Shown in pieces: positions 11,080 to 25,046 of a DNA stretch of 64,000 bases. Position numbers and translations under genes: made by a program. The DNA comes from Octopus sinensis (taxonomy: Eukaryota), in NCBI RefSeq assembly GCF_006345805.1, contig NC_043000.1:868001-932000 (forward strand). The letters run 5' to 3'. The first letter of the stretch is position 1; each line of letters begins with the position of its first letter. The notes beneath the pieces were generated by a model. The model did not search any database. It saw only the letters and a list, made by a program, of their open reading frames with translations, and was not told the origin of the DNA.

Positions 11080-11405
11080 CACAAGTCGTATTCCCTCTGA
11101 CGCTTACGACGACGAGGGTTCCACTTGATCCGATCAACGGAACAGCTTGTTTGTGAGATAAACGTGCAAGTGGCTGAGTATATTTCAGAGACACGTGTAC
11201 CCCTTCACATGCTTCTCAAGGAGAGTCAGCGTGACACAGAGTGTGACTAGACTGGCCCCTTGAAATACAGGTATTACTCAGTTTTGCCAGCTGATTTCAT
11301 TGGAGCAACGTGAAATAAAGTGTCTTGCTCAAGAACACAATGCGCCGCCGAGAATCGAACTTGCGACCTTACGATCGCGAGCAGAATACACTAACCACTA
11401 AGCCG
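11080..11405 (-). mobile_element. Chimeric SINE (family D-like head, family B tail)
   Basis: Similarity to both families within the window. Confidence 0.7.
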
Positions 11406-11534
11406 CACACACACACACACACACACACACATATGTATATATACGTACATATATATCTATTAGGTTGGCAACTAAGTTCCCGCGGTTTTTTAAATTTAAA
11501 TTTTTTAAAAGGTTTAATAAAAAATAACAACTAA

Positions 11535-12940
11535 TTAATCAATAATGTATTCACCCTTGTTGTTTACAACTTCTTCCCAACGTTCAACAAGATTTTCAAT
11601 ACTTCGTTGGAAGAACTCACTTGATTTCGACTCGAAAAATTGATCCAACCAAGCTCTCAATTCTGCATCAGTATTGAACGAAACTCCGCGCATAGCATTT
11701 GAAAGAGATCGAAAGAGGTGGAAATCCGTTGGTGTCAAATCAGGAGAGTACGGCGGGTGTGACAGCACTTCCCAGCCATTCTTTTGAATGGCTTCCTTGT
11801 CATATTGGCAATATGAGGGCGTGCGTTGTCGTGCAGCAGAAGAACTCCATGCTGACGATTAGGTCTTTTCTCTTGAATAGTCGTGTCGAGTCGTTCTATC
11901 TGTTGAGTGGAGGTGCAATGGCCCAGTGGTTAGGGCAGCGGACTCACGGTCGTAGGATCGCGGTTTCGATTCCCAGACCGGGCGTTGTGAGTGTTGAGCG
12001 AAAACACCTAAAGCTCCACGAGGCTCCGGCATGGATGGTGGTGATCCCTGCTGTACTCTATCACAACTTTCTCTCACTCTTACTTCCTGTTTCTGTTGTA
12101 CCTGTATTTCAAAGGGCCGGCCTTGTCACTCTCTGTGTCACGCTGAATATCCCCGAGAACTACCTTAAGGGTACACGTGTCTGTGGAGTGCTCAGCCACT
12201 TACACGTTAATTTCACGAGCAGGCTGTTCCGTTGGTCGGATCTACCGGAATCCTCATCGTCGTAACCGACGGAGTGCTTCCATCATCTGTTGAGTATATA
12301 GTTCCGCGTTGACCGTTTGGTTCCGTTCAAGCAATTCGTAATGGATAATCCCTTCCCAATCCCACCGTACGCACATCGTTTTACATAGATGAAGAGCTTG
12401 CTTCACGCGCGGTGTCGCTTGTTTACCGTGGCAAAGCCATTCCTTACGCTGCTTCATATTGATGTACAAGCACCATTTTTCTTCGCCATTAACGATTCGG
12501 TGAAGAAATCGTTGCTTGTATCCATGAGTTGAGCGGTGATTGTGGCTCGTTGATTTTTGTTCTTGTCATTAAAGCATGCGGAACTCATGCTCCATACTTC
12601 TGAACCTTTTCTTTCGAGTGAAAATGCTTCTCTATAGCAGTGAGGGAGCATTCCATTCTCTCTGTCAGTTCCCTTGTCGTTTGACGAGAATTTTTGTGCA
12701 AAATTTGGCTTAATCGTTCTTCAAAGAACTCAACTGGACGGCCAGAACGAGGTGCATCTTTGAGGTCAAAATTGCCATTTTTGAACTTGGCATACCAAAC
12801 ACGAGCGCTTCTTTCAGCTATGGCACCCTCTCCATACACAGCACAAATGTCGCGAGCAGCATTTGCGGTCTTAAACCTTGATTAAAAGCAAAAAGAAGGA
12901 GGTGTCGAAAATGCATGGTTTTCTTAACTTGATATTTCAT
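11535..12940 (-). pseudogene. Mariner DD34D transposase pseudogene
   Basis: HFRHLLLF, PRSGRP, EKWCLY, HDNARPH, HPPYSPDLTPTD motifs spread over several frames; stops and frameshifts. Confidence 0.93.
11909..12284 (+). mobile_element. SINE family B inserted in the mariner with an 11-bp TSD
   Basis: TSD atctgttgagt at 11898-11908 and 12285-12295. Confidence 0.92.
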
Positions 12941-13419
12941 TTTAATGATCTGAAATAAACAAAAATTGACTAAAATTAACTAGAAAAAACAAAACAAAAT
13001 AAAACAAAATAGATTCCAAAAGTTAAAAAAAACAGCGGGGACTTAGTTGCCAATCCAATATATGCATATATACATATATCTATGTATCTGTGTGTATGTA
13101 TATATATATATAATATATATATATACATATTTCGTTTTGGGATTTGGTTTACAAGATTCTTTATATGAGTTAGTGTGTTGAAGCATATTCTGTTGTGTCT
13201 GGGGAGAGGCATTTTCTTTACCGGTGAGTGTGTTATATTATAAGGCACAAAAAGAAAATGACTCTCCCCAGACACAACAGTGTATATATATATATATATA
13301 TATATATACACCTACATATATGTATATATATACATATATGTATGTATATATATATGTATTGTGTAAATATATGTATGTATGTATGCGGTATTCAGTTCCC
13401 TATATGTATGTCTTATTAT

Positions 13420-14285
13420 CATTACCACCACTCAGTCGGCGAACAAACAGAATCGATAGCGCGCTGAGAGACATGCTTAGCTGTATTTCGTCCGTCTTCA
13501 TGTTCTGAGTTCTAAGTTCGCCGAGGTCGACTTTGCCTTTCATCCTTTCGGGTTCAATAGAATAAATACTATTTGAGCAGTGGGGTCGATGTAATCGACT
13601 ATTCCCCATCCCCAAAATTTCAAGTCTTGTGTCTATATTAGAAAGGATTTTTTTTTTTTCTACTCTAGGCACAAGGTCTGAAATTTCAAGGGAGGGGTCA
13701 GTCGATCAGGTCGACCCCAGTACGCAAATGGTACTTAATTTATCGACCCCGAAAGGATAAAAGATAAAGTTGACCCCGGCGGAATTTGAACTCAGAACGT
13801 AGCGGCAGATGAAATACCTATTTCTTTATTACCCACAATGGGCTAAACATAGAGGGGACAAACAAGGAAAGACATAGGTATTAAGTCGATTACATCGACC
13901 CCAGTGCGTAACTGGTACTTAATTTATCGACCCCGAAAGGATAAAAGATAAAGTCGGCTCCGGCGGAATTTGAACTCAAAACGTAAAGACAAATGAAATA
14001 CTGCTAAGTATTTCGCGCGGCATGCTAACGATTCAGCCAGCTCGCCACCTTATTTAAAAGGATTATTACCATCACTAATGCGGCGAGCTGACAGAATCGA
14101 TGGCACGCTGGGCAAAAATGCTTAGCAATATTTCATCCTTCTTTACGCTCTGGGTTCAAGTTCCACCCGGATTCGACTTTGCCTCTCATTCTTTCGTGGT
14201 CGATAAAGTAACTACCAGTAGAACATTGAGGTCGATTTATTCGACTTATCCTTCCCCGGAAATTGCTGGCCTTGCGCCAAAATTT
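13420..14285. mobile_element. Cluster of three SINE family A copies (+, - dimeric, +)
   Basis: Shared cctttcatcctttcggggtcgataaa core; dimer junction at 13817. Confidence 0.85.
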
Positions 14286-14526
14286 TAAACCGTTATTACC
14301 ATCACTAGGCGAAGGATTGGTACGATCATTGGACCATCGTAAAAGAATACATTGCATTATTTTTTCTGGCTCTTCACGTCCTGATTTCAAATCTGCAGAG
14401 ATGAACTTTATCTTTTATCCCCAGTCAGGGAATCGAACCCACAATCTAGCGAACGTAAGTGCACCAGCCTAACCACAAGGCCACGTGCCTTCACTATATA
14501 TATATATATATATATATATAGTGCCT

Positions 14527-14567
<41 letters not shown>

Positions 14568-14593
14568 GCATATATATATATATATATACATAC

Positions 14594-14625
<32 letters not shown>

Positions 14626-14727
14626 ATAGATATATATATATATGTATATGTATATCGCAGTATAGCTGTGGTAACGGCAGAAAGATTGAGTATTTCACCC
14701 TTATAAGACGGAAAATGTTGCCAGCAG

Positions 14728-14799
14728 ACAGGCACGGGACTCGAACCTGTACCCCTCATTTTTCCGGCTGAGTACCTACCATTAAGCTAAACTACCTGC
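14728..14799 (-). pseudogene. tRNA-like sequence (tRNA pseudogene or SINE head)
   Basis: A box TAGCTTAATGG, B box GGTTCGAGTCC, acceptor stem GCAGGTA/TGCCTGT; anticodon arm irregular. Confidence 0.6.
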
Positions 14800-15271
14800 T
14801 GACAACAACCTTCGTCAAATTAAACGCTAAATATTACAGCTTTTGGAATGCAACAACATTCATACATATATACATATTAATATGTATATGTGTGTATCGG
14901 TAGCACTTTCTTTCATTGAACTTAGCCTTCTCCCTCTGTCCCACTCTCTCTTTCCTTCTCTCTCTCTCTCTCTCTCTCTCCCTCAGTCATAATGAATTTA
15001 GCTTATTTTTTGTCCATGATTCACACCTCATACTTCAAGTACTATCAAGTATTTCATTATTCAATGTTTTTCTTTACACATTATAAAACAAGAAATTTGG
15101 TTACTATTTCTAGTAGGCCGAGTGACCTCCGGGTTAGCTTGTAATTGTATGGCATTTCATCTCAGGGGTGTAGTGTAACATGTATTAAGTGTGATTGTAT
15201 TAGATTTCAAGTAATGTGGATTTAGTTAATAGCGAACTCAGCAAATTTCATCTATTACAACAGGCGTTATG

Positions 15272-15705
15272 GGATCTTTTCGGTTTGAACGGCAGTTTTT
15301 AACATAATTTCTAGGTAACTAAAAAATTTTAAACTTCGTATACTGGTAGAATGTGTTTATAAAACATCTTTTTCTCTCGGCTTTATTGAGAAAATTCTAT
15401 AGTTTGTAAGATATTTGCGGGTTTTTTTTTTCAATTTCTGCAATTTCAACCAATCAATGACGTCCATTGAGTTAAAAAAACATTCTGTGCCGTATGAATA
15501 TGTCCCTCGTTTAAGAAACAGATTGGGTTCATTTACATTTGTGAAGAAAAAAAGATACCCTTCTCCCCCCCCCTAACCCTAACCCTAACTAACACTAACC
15601 CTAAAACAGATTGAAATGCAATAGATCGATACTAGGGTCATAATTATGGGTGACAATTTCATATGACACCGCTAGAAAAAACTGCCGTTCAAACCGAAAA
15701 GATCC
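15272..15705. mobile_element. MITE with ~29-bp TIRs and 8-bp TSD, internal CCCTAA repeats
   Basis: TIR GGATCTTTTCGGTTTGAACGGCAGTTTTT; TSD gcgttatg. Confidence 0.92.
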
Positions 15706-16331
15706 GCGTTATGTTCTTAAGCTTCTCGCTCTTGCCTCTTACTTTATTACAATATTCATGTTAGACGCCATAACAGTGACACCTTTTGTAAAATAATTAT
15801 GCAAATCGGTTAGAATACGAAAGAGCATTTTGATAGTTTGCTTATTTCTTTTCCCTCCTGATTAGAATTAACTTGGACGCTTCATTTTCCTAATACAATA
15901 TTTAATGTCTGCCTGAAAATAATTCGTAACAGCTAATACTAATTCGGTCGGGGAGAGAATGACCATAATAGAAGTTTGTTTTCTTTCTTTTTTTTCTTTT
16001 TTCTTTTTCGAGAATAAATGTTTAATTAATTAATTCTCTCCGTTTTTAACTTATTTGTATTAGCGCAAAGAGCTAATACCGTAGCAAGTACTGCTTGAAT
16101 ATAAAGCTGGACTCTTGGGATATCTCAGTAAAATGTCGGTTAGTATGACAGCATTGCGGCAAAACTGTAAACTGATAATCACAGCGAACAGAATCTGCGG
16201 TCTAGTTTCGATCACCGATCGTAAATTGCGCTATGAATTTCTTGAGAAATGCATCAACATCACACATTCCTTTCTCCCTTCTCGTAAATAAAATGCCCGT
16301 CTTCTTATATAAGGATCAATGATGATGAAAG

Positions 16332-16748
16332 GGATCTTTTCGGTTTGAACGGCAGTTTTTAAAAATAATTTCCACGTAACTAAACACCTTTAAACTTCGT
16401 ATACTGGTAGAATGTGTTTATACAACATCTTTTTCTCTTGGCTTTATTGAGAAAATTCTATAGTTTGCAAGATACTTGTTGGTTTTTTCTTCAATTTCTG
16501 CAATTTCAACCAATCAATGATGTCTATTGACCTGAAAACATTCTGTGCCGTATGAAAACGTCCTTCGTTTAAGAAACAGATTGGGTTTATTTACATTTGT
16601 GAAGAAAAAAAGATACCCTTCCCCCCCACCCCTAACCCTAACCCTAAAACAGATTGAAATGCAATAGATCGATACTAGGGTCATAATTATGGGTGACAAT
16701 TTCATATGATACCGCTAGAAAAAACTGCCGTTCAAACCGAAAAGATCA
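16332..16748. mobile_element. Second copy of the same MITE
   Basis: Same TIR; TSD gatgaaag (independent insertion). Confidence 0.92.
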
Positions 16749-17624
16749 GATGAAAGTTCTACATAATGGTACCCAGCCGCATAAATGGTGATATATTCGT
16801 TTAAGTTTAAATGAACCTAAGACTACATTATCCTATATATACACGTTTCTTTCCATTTTTTAAAGACGATAAACTGTAAATTACTGAAGACATAGCTTCT
16901 ATTTCTATAGGGCTGAGCGACCTGGGAGAGGCCATTTTTGGGGTAACATACAATGAAGCTTTATTTTTGAGTGATCTTGTGGCTTGCAACAAAGACACCT
17001 TTATCCCTATATTAGTCTAATGGTTTGTTACCTTTTAACTACGTAAGGTTCAGATCTTCCCTTTGATGAAGCCATTCAGATAACTTCTTTAGCCCCCATA
17101 AAATTCGTTTCAGTATCAAATTTTTTACTTGATAATATTGTCTCCCTTGCCTTGTAGCATAGTGTATACTCAGTGAATTAGTGTGCATATGCATGGTGTC
17201 TTTGAGTATGTATATGTCCGTATGTATGTATGTATGTATGTAGTATGTATGTATGTATGTATGTATGTATGTATGTATGTGTACCTTTGCTTGTCTTTGG
17301 TTGCATGTGTGTGTGTGTATCCGTGCGTGTGTGTGTGTGTATGTGGGTGTGTTTGTGATAGTCTTTATTCGATTGTTGAGTGACAACTAGTTATAATATA
17401 GAACAGACGATTGACTATTGAATTGAAGCAGGCTGTAGGACTGCATAAATAATTAAAAGATTTTCTATTTGTTTTAACAATAAGTGTTCCGTCAGCTGAA
17501 CTGTCAACTCATTGTATTATCCTTTAGATGGTTGAGTATTCCAATGACACTTGTACACTCAATGTAATCCTCAGGCAGAATCAATGTGACACACTGTGCG
17601 ACAGGAGCAGCTTTTCAGATTATA

Positions 17625-18500
17625 TATTTCTTTACTACCCACAAGGGGCTAAACACAGAGAGGACAAACAAGGACAGACAAACGGATTAAGTCGATTACA
17701 TCGACCCCAGTGCGTAACTGGTACTTAATTTATCGACCCCGAAAGGATGACAGGCAAAGTCGACCTCGGCGAAACTTGAACCCAGAACGTAACGGCAGAC
17801 GAAATACAGTTACGCATCTCGCCCGGCGTGCTAACGTTTCTACCAGCTCGCCGCCTTTATTTTCAGATTATACTTGAAGTGTCATCGTCAGTTTACGTTT
17901 ACCTTGATTCAAACAGAAGGATTTGGTCAGTCCGCAGCTTCGATAACAGGCTTTTGCATGTGATACCATGTAACGGGATCAAGCGTGAGGTCTCATGAAT
18001 GCAAAGCAAAACTCTTAGCCACTTAGCCAAAACTCTTCCCATGATTATATGGACTGAACGTTTATCATTACCAAAGTGAAAATCGATTTTATCATATTTT
18101 TTTCTTTTAGACCAAATCACATTTGAATCTATATTGACATTCTTCAGTCTGTTGCGCTGAAAATACATACAAATAAATCAGGTTGAGGCAAAGCCATGGT
18201 GTCACATGATCAAATCACATTTGAATCTATATTGATATTCCTCAGTCTGTGGTGATAAATATATATTTCTTTACTACCCACAAGGGGCTAAACATAGAGG
18301 GGACAAACAAGGACAGACAAAGGGATTAAGTCGATTAAATCGACCAAGTGCGAAACTGGTACTTTATTTATCGACCCCGAGAGGATGAAAGGCAAAGTCG
18401 ACCTCGGCAGAATTTTAACTCAGAACGTAACGACAGACGAAATACCGCTAAACATTTCGTCCGGCGCGCTAACGTTTCTGCCAGCTCGCCGCCTCCTGTG

Positions 18501-18541
<41 letters not shown>

Positions 18542-18616
18542 ATAGTAGTGGCGAGCTCTGTTATTGTTATTTGGCGGTATACCTTACAGCTGTTACTTCT
18601 AATGCTGTTGTGGTGG

Positions 18617-18648
<32 letters not shown>

Positions 18649-18890
18649 ATACATATATATATATACTACCCTCAAGGGGCTAAACACAGAGGGGACAAAC
18701 AAGGACTGACAAACGGATTAAGTCGATTACATCGACCCCAGTGCGTAACTGGTACTTAATTTATCGATCCCGAAAGGATGAAAGGTAATGTCGACCTCGG
18801 CAGATTTTGAACTCAGAACGTAATGCCAGACGAATTACGGCTACGCATTTCGCCCGGGATGCTAACGATTCTGCCAGCTCGCCGCCATAA
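17625..18890 (-). mobile_element. Three SINE family A copies (~17625-17835, 18265-18495, 18665-18890)
   Basis: Sequence similarity to other family A copies. Confidence 0.85.
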
Positions 18891-19399
18891 AAACAACAGC
18901 CAAATCAATAAGCAACCGCACCAACAACAAAAGCAGCAACAGAAAAAATACATAAAACACAACTACAGCATAAATACCAAAAGAAGCAACAAAAACAACT
19001 GCAAAACCAACACTACCAACACCATAAACAACCCAAGCGTCTAAGAACCATCGCTCATCAGCTTTACTGTTGTAAAAACGAAAGAAGTATGAGTTGACGA
19101 GATACATTACAAAACATGCAAAAATGAAACAAAGTGGGGCACTTTTATAACCTTATCTTTGAAACTTTACCGAGCAGACTTTTGCTAAAGAGGTCCTCAT
19201 GGATATGTTTCAAAACAGAATGATTAAGAATCTTTTGAAGGGGGCTCTTTCAAAAAAACCCTCAAGCAGGAAAGACAGGATTGTATTCCCTTCTCCAGTA
19301 TTAAGGTAAGTGATATTTTTCACTTCTGTTCTTACGATCAACAACTGTACTCAAAAGAGGATACACGGATCCCCGGGTCAGTTCAGAAGTAAAGTCACT

Positions 19400-20420
19400 T
19401 TCTAGATGGTCTCAGTTCACTGAAATAGATGTAGTAGCCATCAGTGAAACCGCAATTTCCAAAATACACGCACCAGCGTTATCTGAAATCTATGAAACAC
19501 ATCAGCAGAGATCTGGTTCCAAGAACTTGAAGGCGTCGTTCCAATTGTGCAAAGCCTACTGCAATAGGATTGGTGGGTTGGTTAAGCAGTGATAAATGAA
19601 TGTTATTGTTAACCACCAGCGATGGAGTACTCTGAAGATGGAGATTATGGAATTGATAGAATATAATGAAGAACTAGCAACTGAAAAGTGATATTTTTGA
19701 GCCGCTTAGGGAGCGAATTGGAAGCAATGGCAATTCGGAAAATCATGGGATAGGAACTGAATGTTAGATGCAAGAATGATCCTCGACTATTTCTTTAATG
19801 CGAAATTCAAAGATTCTGTAATCAGAGCTCAGTGTAGCGCTCTTAAGTTATTCAGTGACCCCGCACGGAAGGAGCGTGATATAGAAACAGATTTTCAATT
19901 TTCTTTTTAATGGACCAAGGCAAACTCCTGCAACTGACTCCAAACAGGCGTAAATGTGTGTGCAGCTCTCCAGACAATAAATATTGATCTCCTAGTCTTC
20001 GGGTGAACAGTGAACCGAAGGCGTTGGTGGACTTGCGACAATTCAATAGCATGCTATGACTCTCGATGGAAGATGCGAAAAACTGGGAAAAGAAACAGCA
20101 ACTGAGATATGGTTGGTTGTAAGTGACAGATAATTTTGTCTGAATGGTCTGCCGTACGAACTTCGAGTATACATGCCAAATCTGATCGCAAAAACCTCAA
20201 ATGTCTACTGCAACTAGCAGTAGAACGGATAAATAACAAATTCTATTAAGTCGAAAATAGCTGTACGCTGAGGAAGAAGTGAAATATGTTGACATTATTG
20301 ATAATTTCCGTCTCACATCTCTGTTCATAGTAAAGTTTAAGTTGGCCAAAGTGTAAGCAAAGTGGCTGGCCTTTGATGTCTGTAGTTTGATCGGGAAATC
20401 ATATAACAGCAAGATTACGA
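19400..20420 (+). mobile_element. Highly decayed L1/Tx1-like LINE relic (APE endonuclease start to RT domain start)
   Basis: Remnants IDVVAISET and DNFRLTSLFIVKFKLAKV*AKWL (cf. NFRPISLLN.DYKILAKVLA.RL). Confidence 0.6.
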
Positions 20421-20444
20421 GCAGATCTATTCACAGCAACGTCA

Positions 20445-20950
20445 GTGGAGGCGCAATGGCCCAATGGTTAGGGCAGCGGACTCGCGGTTGGAGGATCGCA
20501 GTTTCGATTTCCAGACCGGGCGTTGTGTGTATTTATTGAGCGAAAACACCTAAAGCTTCACGAGGCCCCGGCAGGGGGTGGAGGCGACCCCTGTTGTACT
20601 CTTTCGCTCCAACCTTCTCTCACTCTTTCTTCCTGTTTCTTGTCCCCGACTTCCTACGCAACCGCTGAGCCTGGATGCGCATTCATCCATCCGTCGATGC
20701 TCTCGGTGTCGGGGGTTGACCTGCTTTCTCTTCTGCGGGTCTTACGAATAGCAAAAGGACCACGTTTCGGACTTCTCCCATCTTGCGAGCTCTGGGACGA
20801 AGACCGTTCGCTCAACAGCAACAGCAATTTCAACTTCATCAGATGCTGAATTCCTTCAGAGTGTAATTCTTTCAAGTATAGGTAGAAGGCCTGAAATTTT
20901 ATGGGAAGGTGGACTGTCAATTACAGCGACTGATACATCACGGTAAGGCA
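20445..20950 (+). mobile_element. SINE family B head fused to an unrelated repeat body
   Basis: Family B head to ~20645, then a different GC-richer sequence. Confidence 0.6.
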
Positions 20951-21364
20951 ATGTCAGCCTCAGCAAATTTTGCTGAGGGGTATTTCTTCGGAGCTCATTA
21001 TTAACTTTTGAGTTCAAATCCTTCAGGCGTTAATTTTGCCCTTCATTCCTTCGGATTTGGATAAAATAAAAACCATTTGAATATTATAGTCGATGACATC
21101 TACTAGTCATCTCCCCTAAAATTTCAGGCTTTTTGCCTAAAGTAGAAACAATTATTATAAAAATAGTGAGCGACAAGGTGGTGCCCCAGCATGACCACAG
21201 TCCAATGACTGAAACTAGTAAAGGGACAAAATCATCAGACCGCTAGAAGAACGATTTGTGGTATTTCTTCAACTTCTTTACGTTTTGTGTTCAAATCACG
21301 TCATGATCAAAACGAACATTCATCTCCCTAGGGTCAATGAAATAGATGTTGGTCTAGCATCGGG

Positions 21365-21590
21365 TTCGATAGTGTCCACCAAACCGGTTTCAATGGCGTA
21401 TGTGTTCCCCAGCTGGACGAGACGCCAGTCCATCGCAGTGTTACTCATTTTTGCCAGCTGAGTGAACTGGAGCAACTGAAAATGAAGTGTTTTGCTCAAG
21501 AACACAACGCGTCGCCCGGTCCAGGAATCGAAACCACAATCTTACGATCATAATGCTGACACCCTAACCACTAAGCCACGCGCCTTCACT
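21365..21590 (-). mobile_element. SINE family D
   Basis: Similarity to 7751-7994. Confidence 0.85.
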
Positions 21591-21952
21591 AGTAGTCATT
21601 ACCATCACGCTAATCATTTGTCACCATTCATGTTAATCACTCCTTCGCTTCTTATATTTACTTACATGTACAAGGTGGAGCTGAAAAGTTCCTGGTTTGG
21701 GGTTAAAGAAAATACAAGATGAGCAGCTAATTATGATTTTATTTAATATATTCCCCTCTCAGATTCACATGCTTATTGCAAAGGTCCTTCAGTTTTTCTA
21801 AGCCCTATAAAAGAACTCGAAAGGTTGGGCCTCCAATTGTACCTTTTGTGACACCCGTCAAGCCGGGAAATTTTCATTACCGACTCGTATGTACGTATAT
21901 AGGTGTGCACACATGTGTATTTAACATATACACAAACACATATATATATATA

Positions 21953-22557
21953 TTTATATAGCTATGGTAAGACCTCACCTGGAATTTGCATCACTGGTCT
22001 GGAACCCCTATCTTACCCAGGACATCAATCGTCTGGAAGCTGTTCAGCGACGTACAACCAAAAGAATACCCTCCATCAGGCATTTGCCATATCCTGAACG
22101 CCTTACTTCCCTGGGCATGGACACATTGAAACTCCGACGTCTGGCAGCTGCCTTGGCAGACACCCATAAAATTATCAACCATCGCACAAACAATAACTCT
22201 GAGCACCTCTTCAAACTCCACCCATCTAACACCCGTGGACATATTTACAAAGTAAGAAAACAGCACAGCTCCCATGACTTCAGGAAACATTTTTTCACGC
22301 TGAGAGTTGCTGAAGCATGGAACAAACTGCCGGCATCGGTTGTTAGTTGTCGGAGCACTGCATTCTTCAAAACTTCCATGCTTCCTGAGATTCGCCAACA
22401 CTACACTTGATTTTCTCCCCTCTATACACACACAAGCATGTATCTGACTTATACATTATTCGCTTTCCAGACATTTCTACATTACTGCATGTACTTTATA
22501 TGCACTTTCTGACAAGTTGTGGTGCACCTGAGCACTGTATACAATAATTTCATTATT
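21953..22557 (+). mobile_element. 3' fragment of a CR1-clade LINE (RT C-terminus and 3' UTR) between (TA)n tracts
   Basis: VRPHLEFAS.VWNP...LEAVQRR.TK...Y.ERL..L...L..RR...TRGH..K...R..FF..RV...WN.LP (ORF 21964-22410). Confidence 0.92.
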
Positions 22558-22566
22558 ATATATATA

Positions 22567-22618
<52 letters not shown>

Positions 22619-23136
22619 GTGCGTGTGTGTATTATACACATATATTTACATATATATATGTATATATATGTGTGTGTATATATATATACATATATATACG
22701 CATATATATATATACTTTTTTACTCTTTTACTTGTTTCTGTCATTTGACTGCGGCCATGCAGGAGCACCGCCTTTAATCGAGCAAATCTACTACTCTTTG
22801 CAAAGATTTATTCTTTGCAAGCCTACTACTTATTCTATCGGTCTCTTTTGCCGAACCGCTAGGTTACGGGGACGTAAACACACCACCATCGGTTGTCAAT
22901 CGATGTTGGAGGAACAAACACAGACACACAAACATATACACACACATACATACATATACATGCATGTATATGACGGGCTTCTTTCAGTTTCTGTCTACCA
23001 AATCCACTCATAAGGCTTTGGTCGGCCCGAGGCTATAGTAGAAGACACTTGCCAAAGGTGCCATGCAGTGGGACTGAACCCGGAACCATGTGGTTAGTAA
23101 GCAAGCTACTTACTACACAGCCATATATATAAAGAA

Positions 23137-23195
<59 letters not shown>

Positions 23196-23727
23196 TGTCT
23201 GTTTGCAAAAATATATTAGATAAAGTCAGCAATATTTGAAGAAGAACTTCTTTCTTAGAAGTTATTAACTATTTTTTTTAATCTTAAAAAGCAAAATGTC
23301 ACAAATCTTTTGGAATGAAGTTTTAGTAGAGACACACCTACACAAACACTCAAGTGCACACGCGCAAGCACTCGTGCACATACAGCACACAACACACACA
23401 CACACACACACGCATTTGTGAAAGTAAATGAATGACAAAATCACGCAATGCACTTCATTAGCCTGCAGTTGTTTCTGCTACACCATGCGATACACTCAGA
23501 GCTGAGTGCTTGTGCATCACCTAATAGTTTCCTCAGAGCTTAGAAGAAATGGCTTGGAAGTAATTTAATACAGTTCTTTGCATAATTTAATATTACTTTG
23601 TCATTTATTTAACTTCATATTACGCTCTGTACTCGGCTTACTCTTTATTCTGAAGCGTATGTACTTTGAATACCAATACCAAGTTATTTGTATCGCCGTG
23701 CCTAAGCAAAATTCTAATACACAAACG

Positions 23728-23759
<32 letters not shown>

Positions 23760-23793
23760 CATATATATGAATATATATATACATATAAACATG

Positions 23794-23845
<52 letters not shown>

Positions 23846-24367
23846 TTATGTGCGTGTGTGTATTATACACATATATTTACATATATATATATGTATATAT
23901 ATGTGTGTGTATATATATATACATATATATACGCATATATATATATACTTTTTTACTCTTTTACTTGTTTCTGTCATTTGACTGCGGCCATGCAGGAGCA
24001 CCGCCTTTAATCGAGCAAATCTACTACTCTTTGCAAGATTTATTCTTTGCAAGCCTACTACTTATTCTATCGGTCTCTTTTGCCGAACCGCTAGGTTACG
24101 GGGACGTAAACACACCACCATCGGTTGTCAATCGATGTTGGAGGAACAAACACAGACACACAAACATATACACACACATACATACATATACATGCATGTA
24201 TATGACGGCTTCTTTCAGTTTCTGTCTACCAAATCCACTCATAAGGCTTTGGTCGGCCCGAGGCTATAGTAGAAGACACTTGCCAAAGGTGCCATGCAGT
24301 GGGACTGAACCCGGAACCATGTGGTTAGTAAGCAAGCTACTTACTACACAGCCATATATATAAAGAA

Positions 24368-24429
<62 letters not shown>

Positions 24430-24980
24430 TGTGTGTGTGTCTGTCTGTTTGCAAAAATATATTAGATAAAGTCAGCAATATTTGAAGAACTTCTTTCTTA
24501 GAAGTTATTAACTATTTTTTTTAATCTTAAAAAGCAAAATGTCACAAATCTTTTGGAATGAAGTTTTAGTAGAGACACACCTACACAAACACTCAAGTGC
24601 ACACGCGCAAGCACTCGTGCACATACAGCACACAACACACACACACACGCACGCACACACACACACACATTTGTGAAAGTAAATGAATGACAAAATCACG
24701 CAATGCACTTCATTAGCCTGCAGTTGTTTCTGCTACACCATGCGATACACTCAGAGCTGAGTGCTTGTGCATCACCTAATAGTTTCCTCAGAGCTTAGAA
24801 GAAATGGCTTGGAAGTAATTTAATACAGTTCTTTGCATAATTTAATATTACTTTGTCATTTATTTAACTTCATATTACGCTCTGTACTCGGCTTACTCTT
24901 ATTCTGAAGCGTATGTACTTTGAATACCAATACCAGTTATTTGTATCGCCGTGCCTAAGCAAAATTCTAATACACAAACG

Positions 24981-25012
<32 letters not shown>

Positions 25013-25046
25013 CATATATATGAATATATATATACATATAAACATG

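Larger units (their letters stand above)
11460..13058 (-). mobile_element. Full-length decayed mariner transposon, interrupted by a SINE
   Basis: TIRs TTAGGTTGGCAACTAAGTTCCCGCGG / TTGGATTGGCAACTAAGTCCCCGCTG; TA TSD. Confidence 0.95.

Noticed and set aside
15570-15605. CCCTAA repeats as a chromosome end or fusion site
   Set aside because: Internal to a MITE and present in both copies.
19170-19310. Open frame ending at a strong AG|GTAAGT donor
   Set aside because: No similarity to calmodulin or any family I recognise; adjacent to the LINE relic, probably its 5' part.
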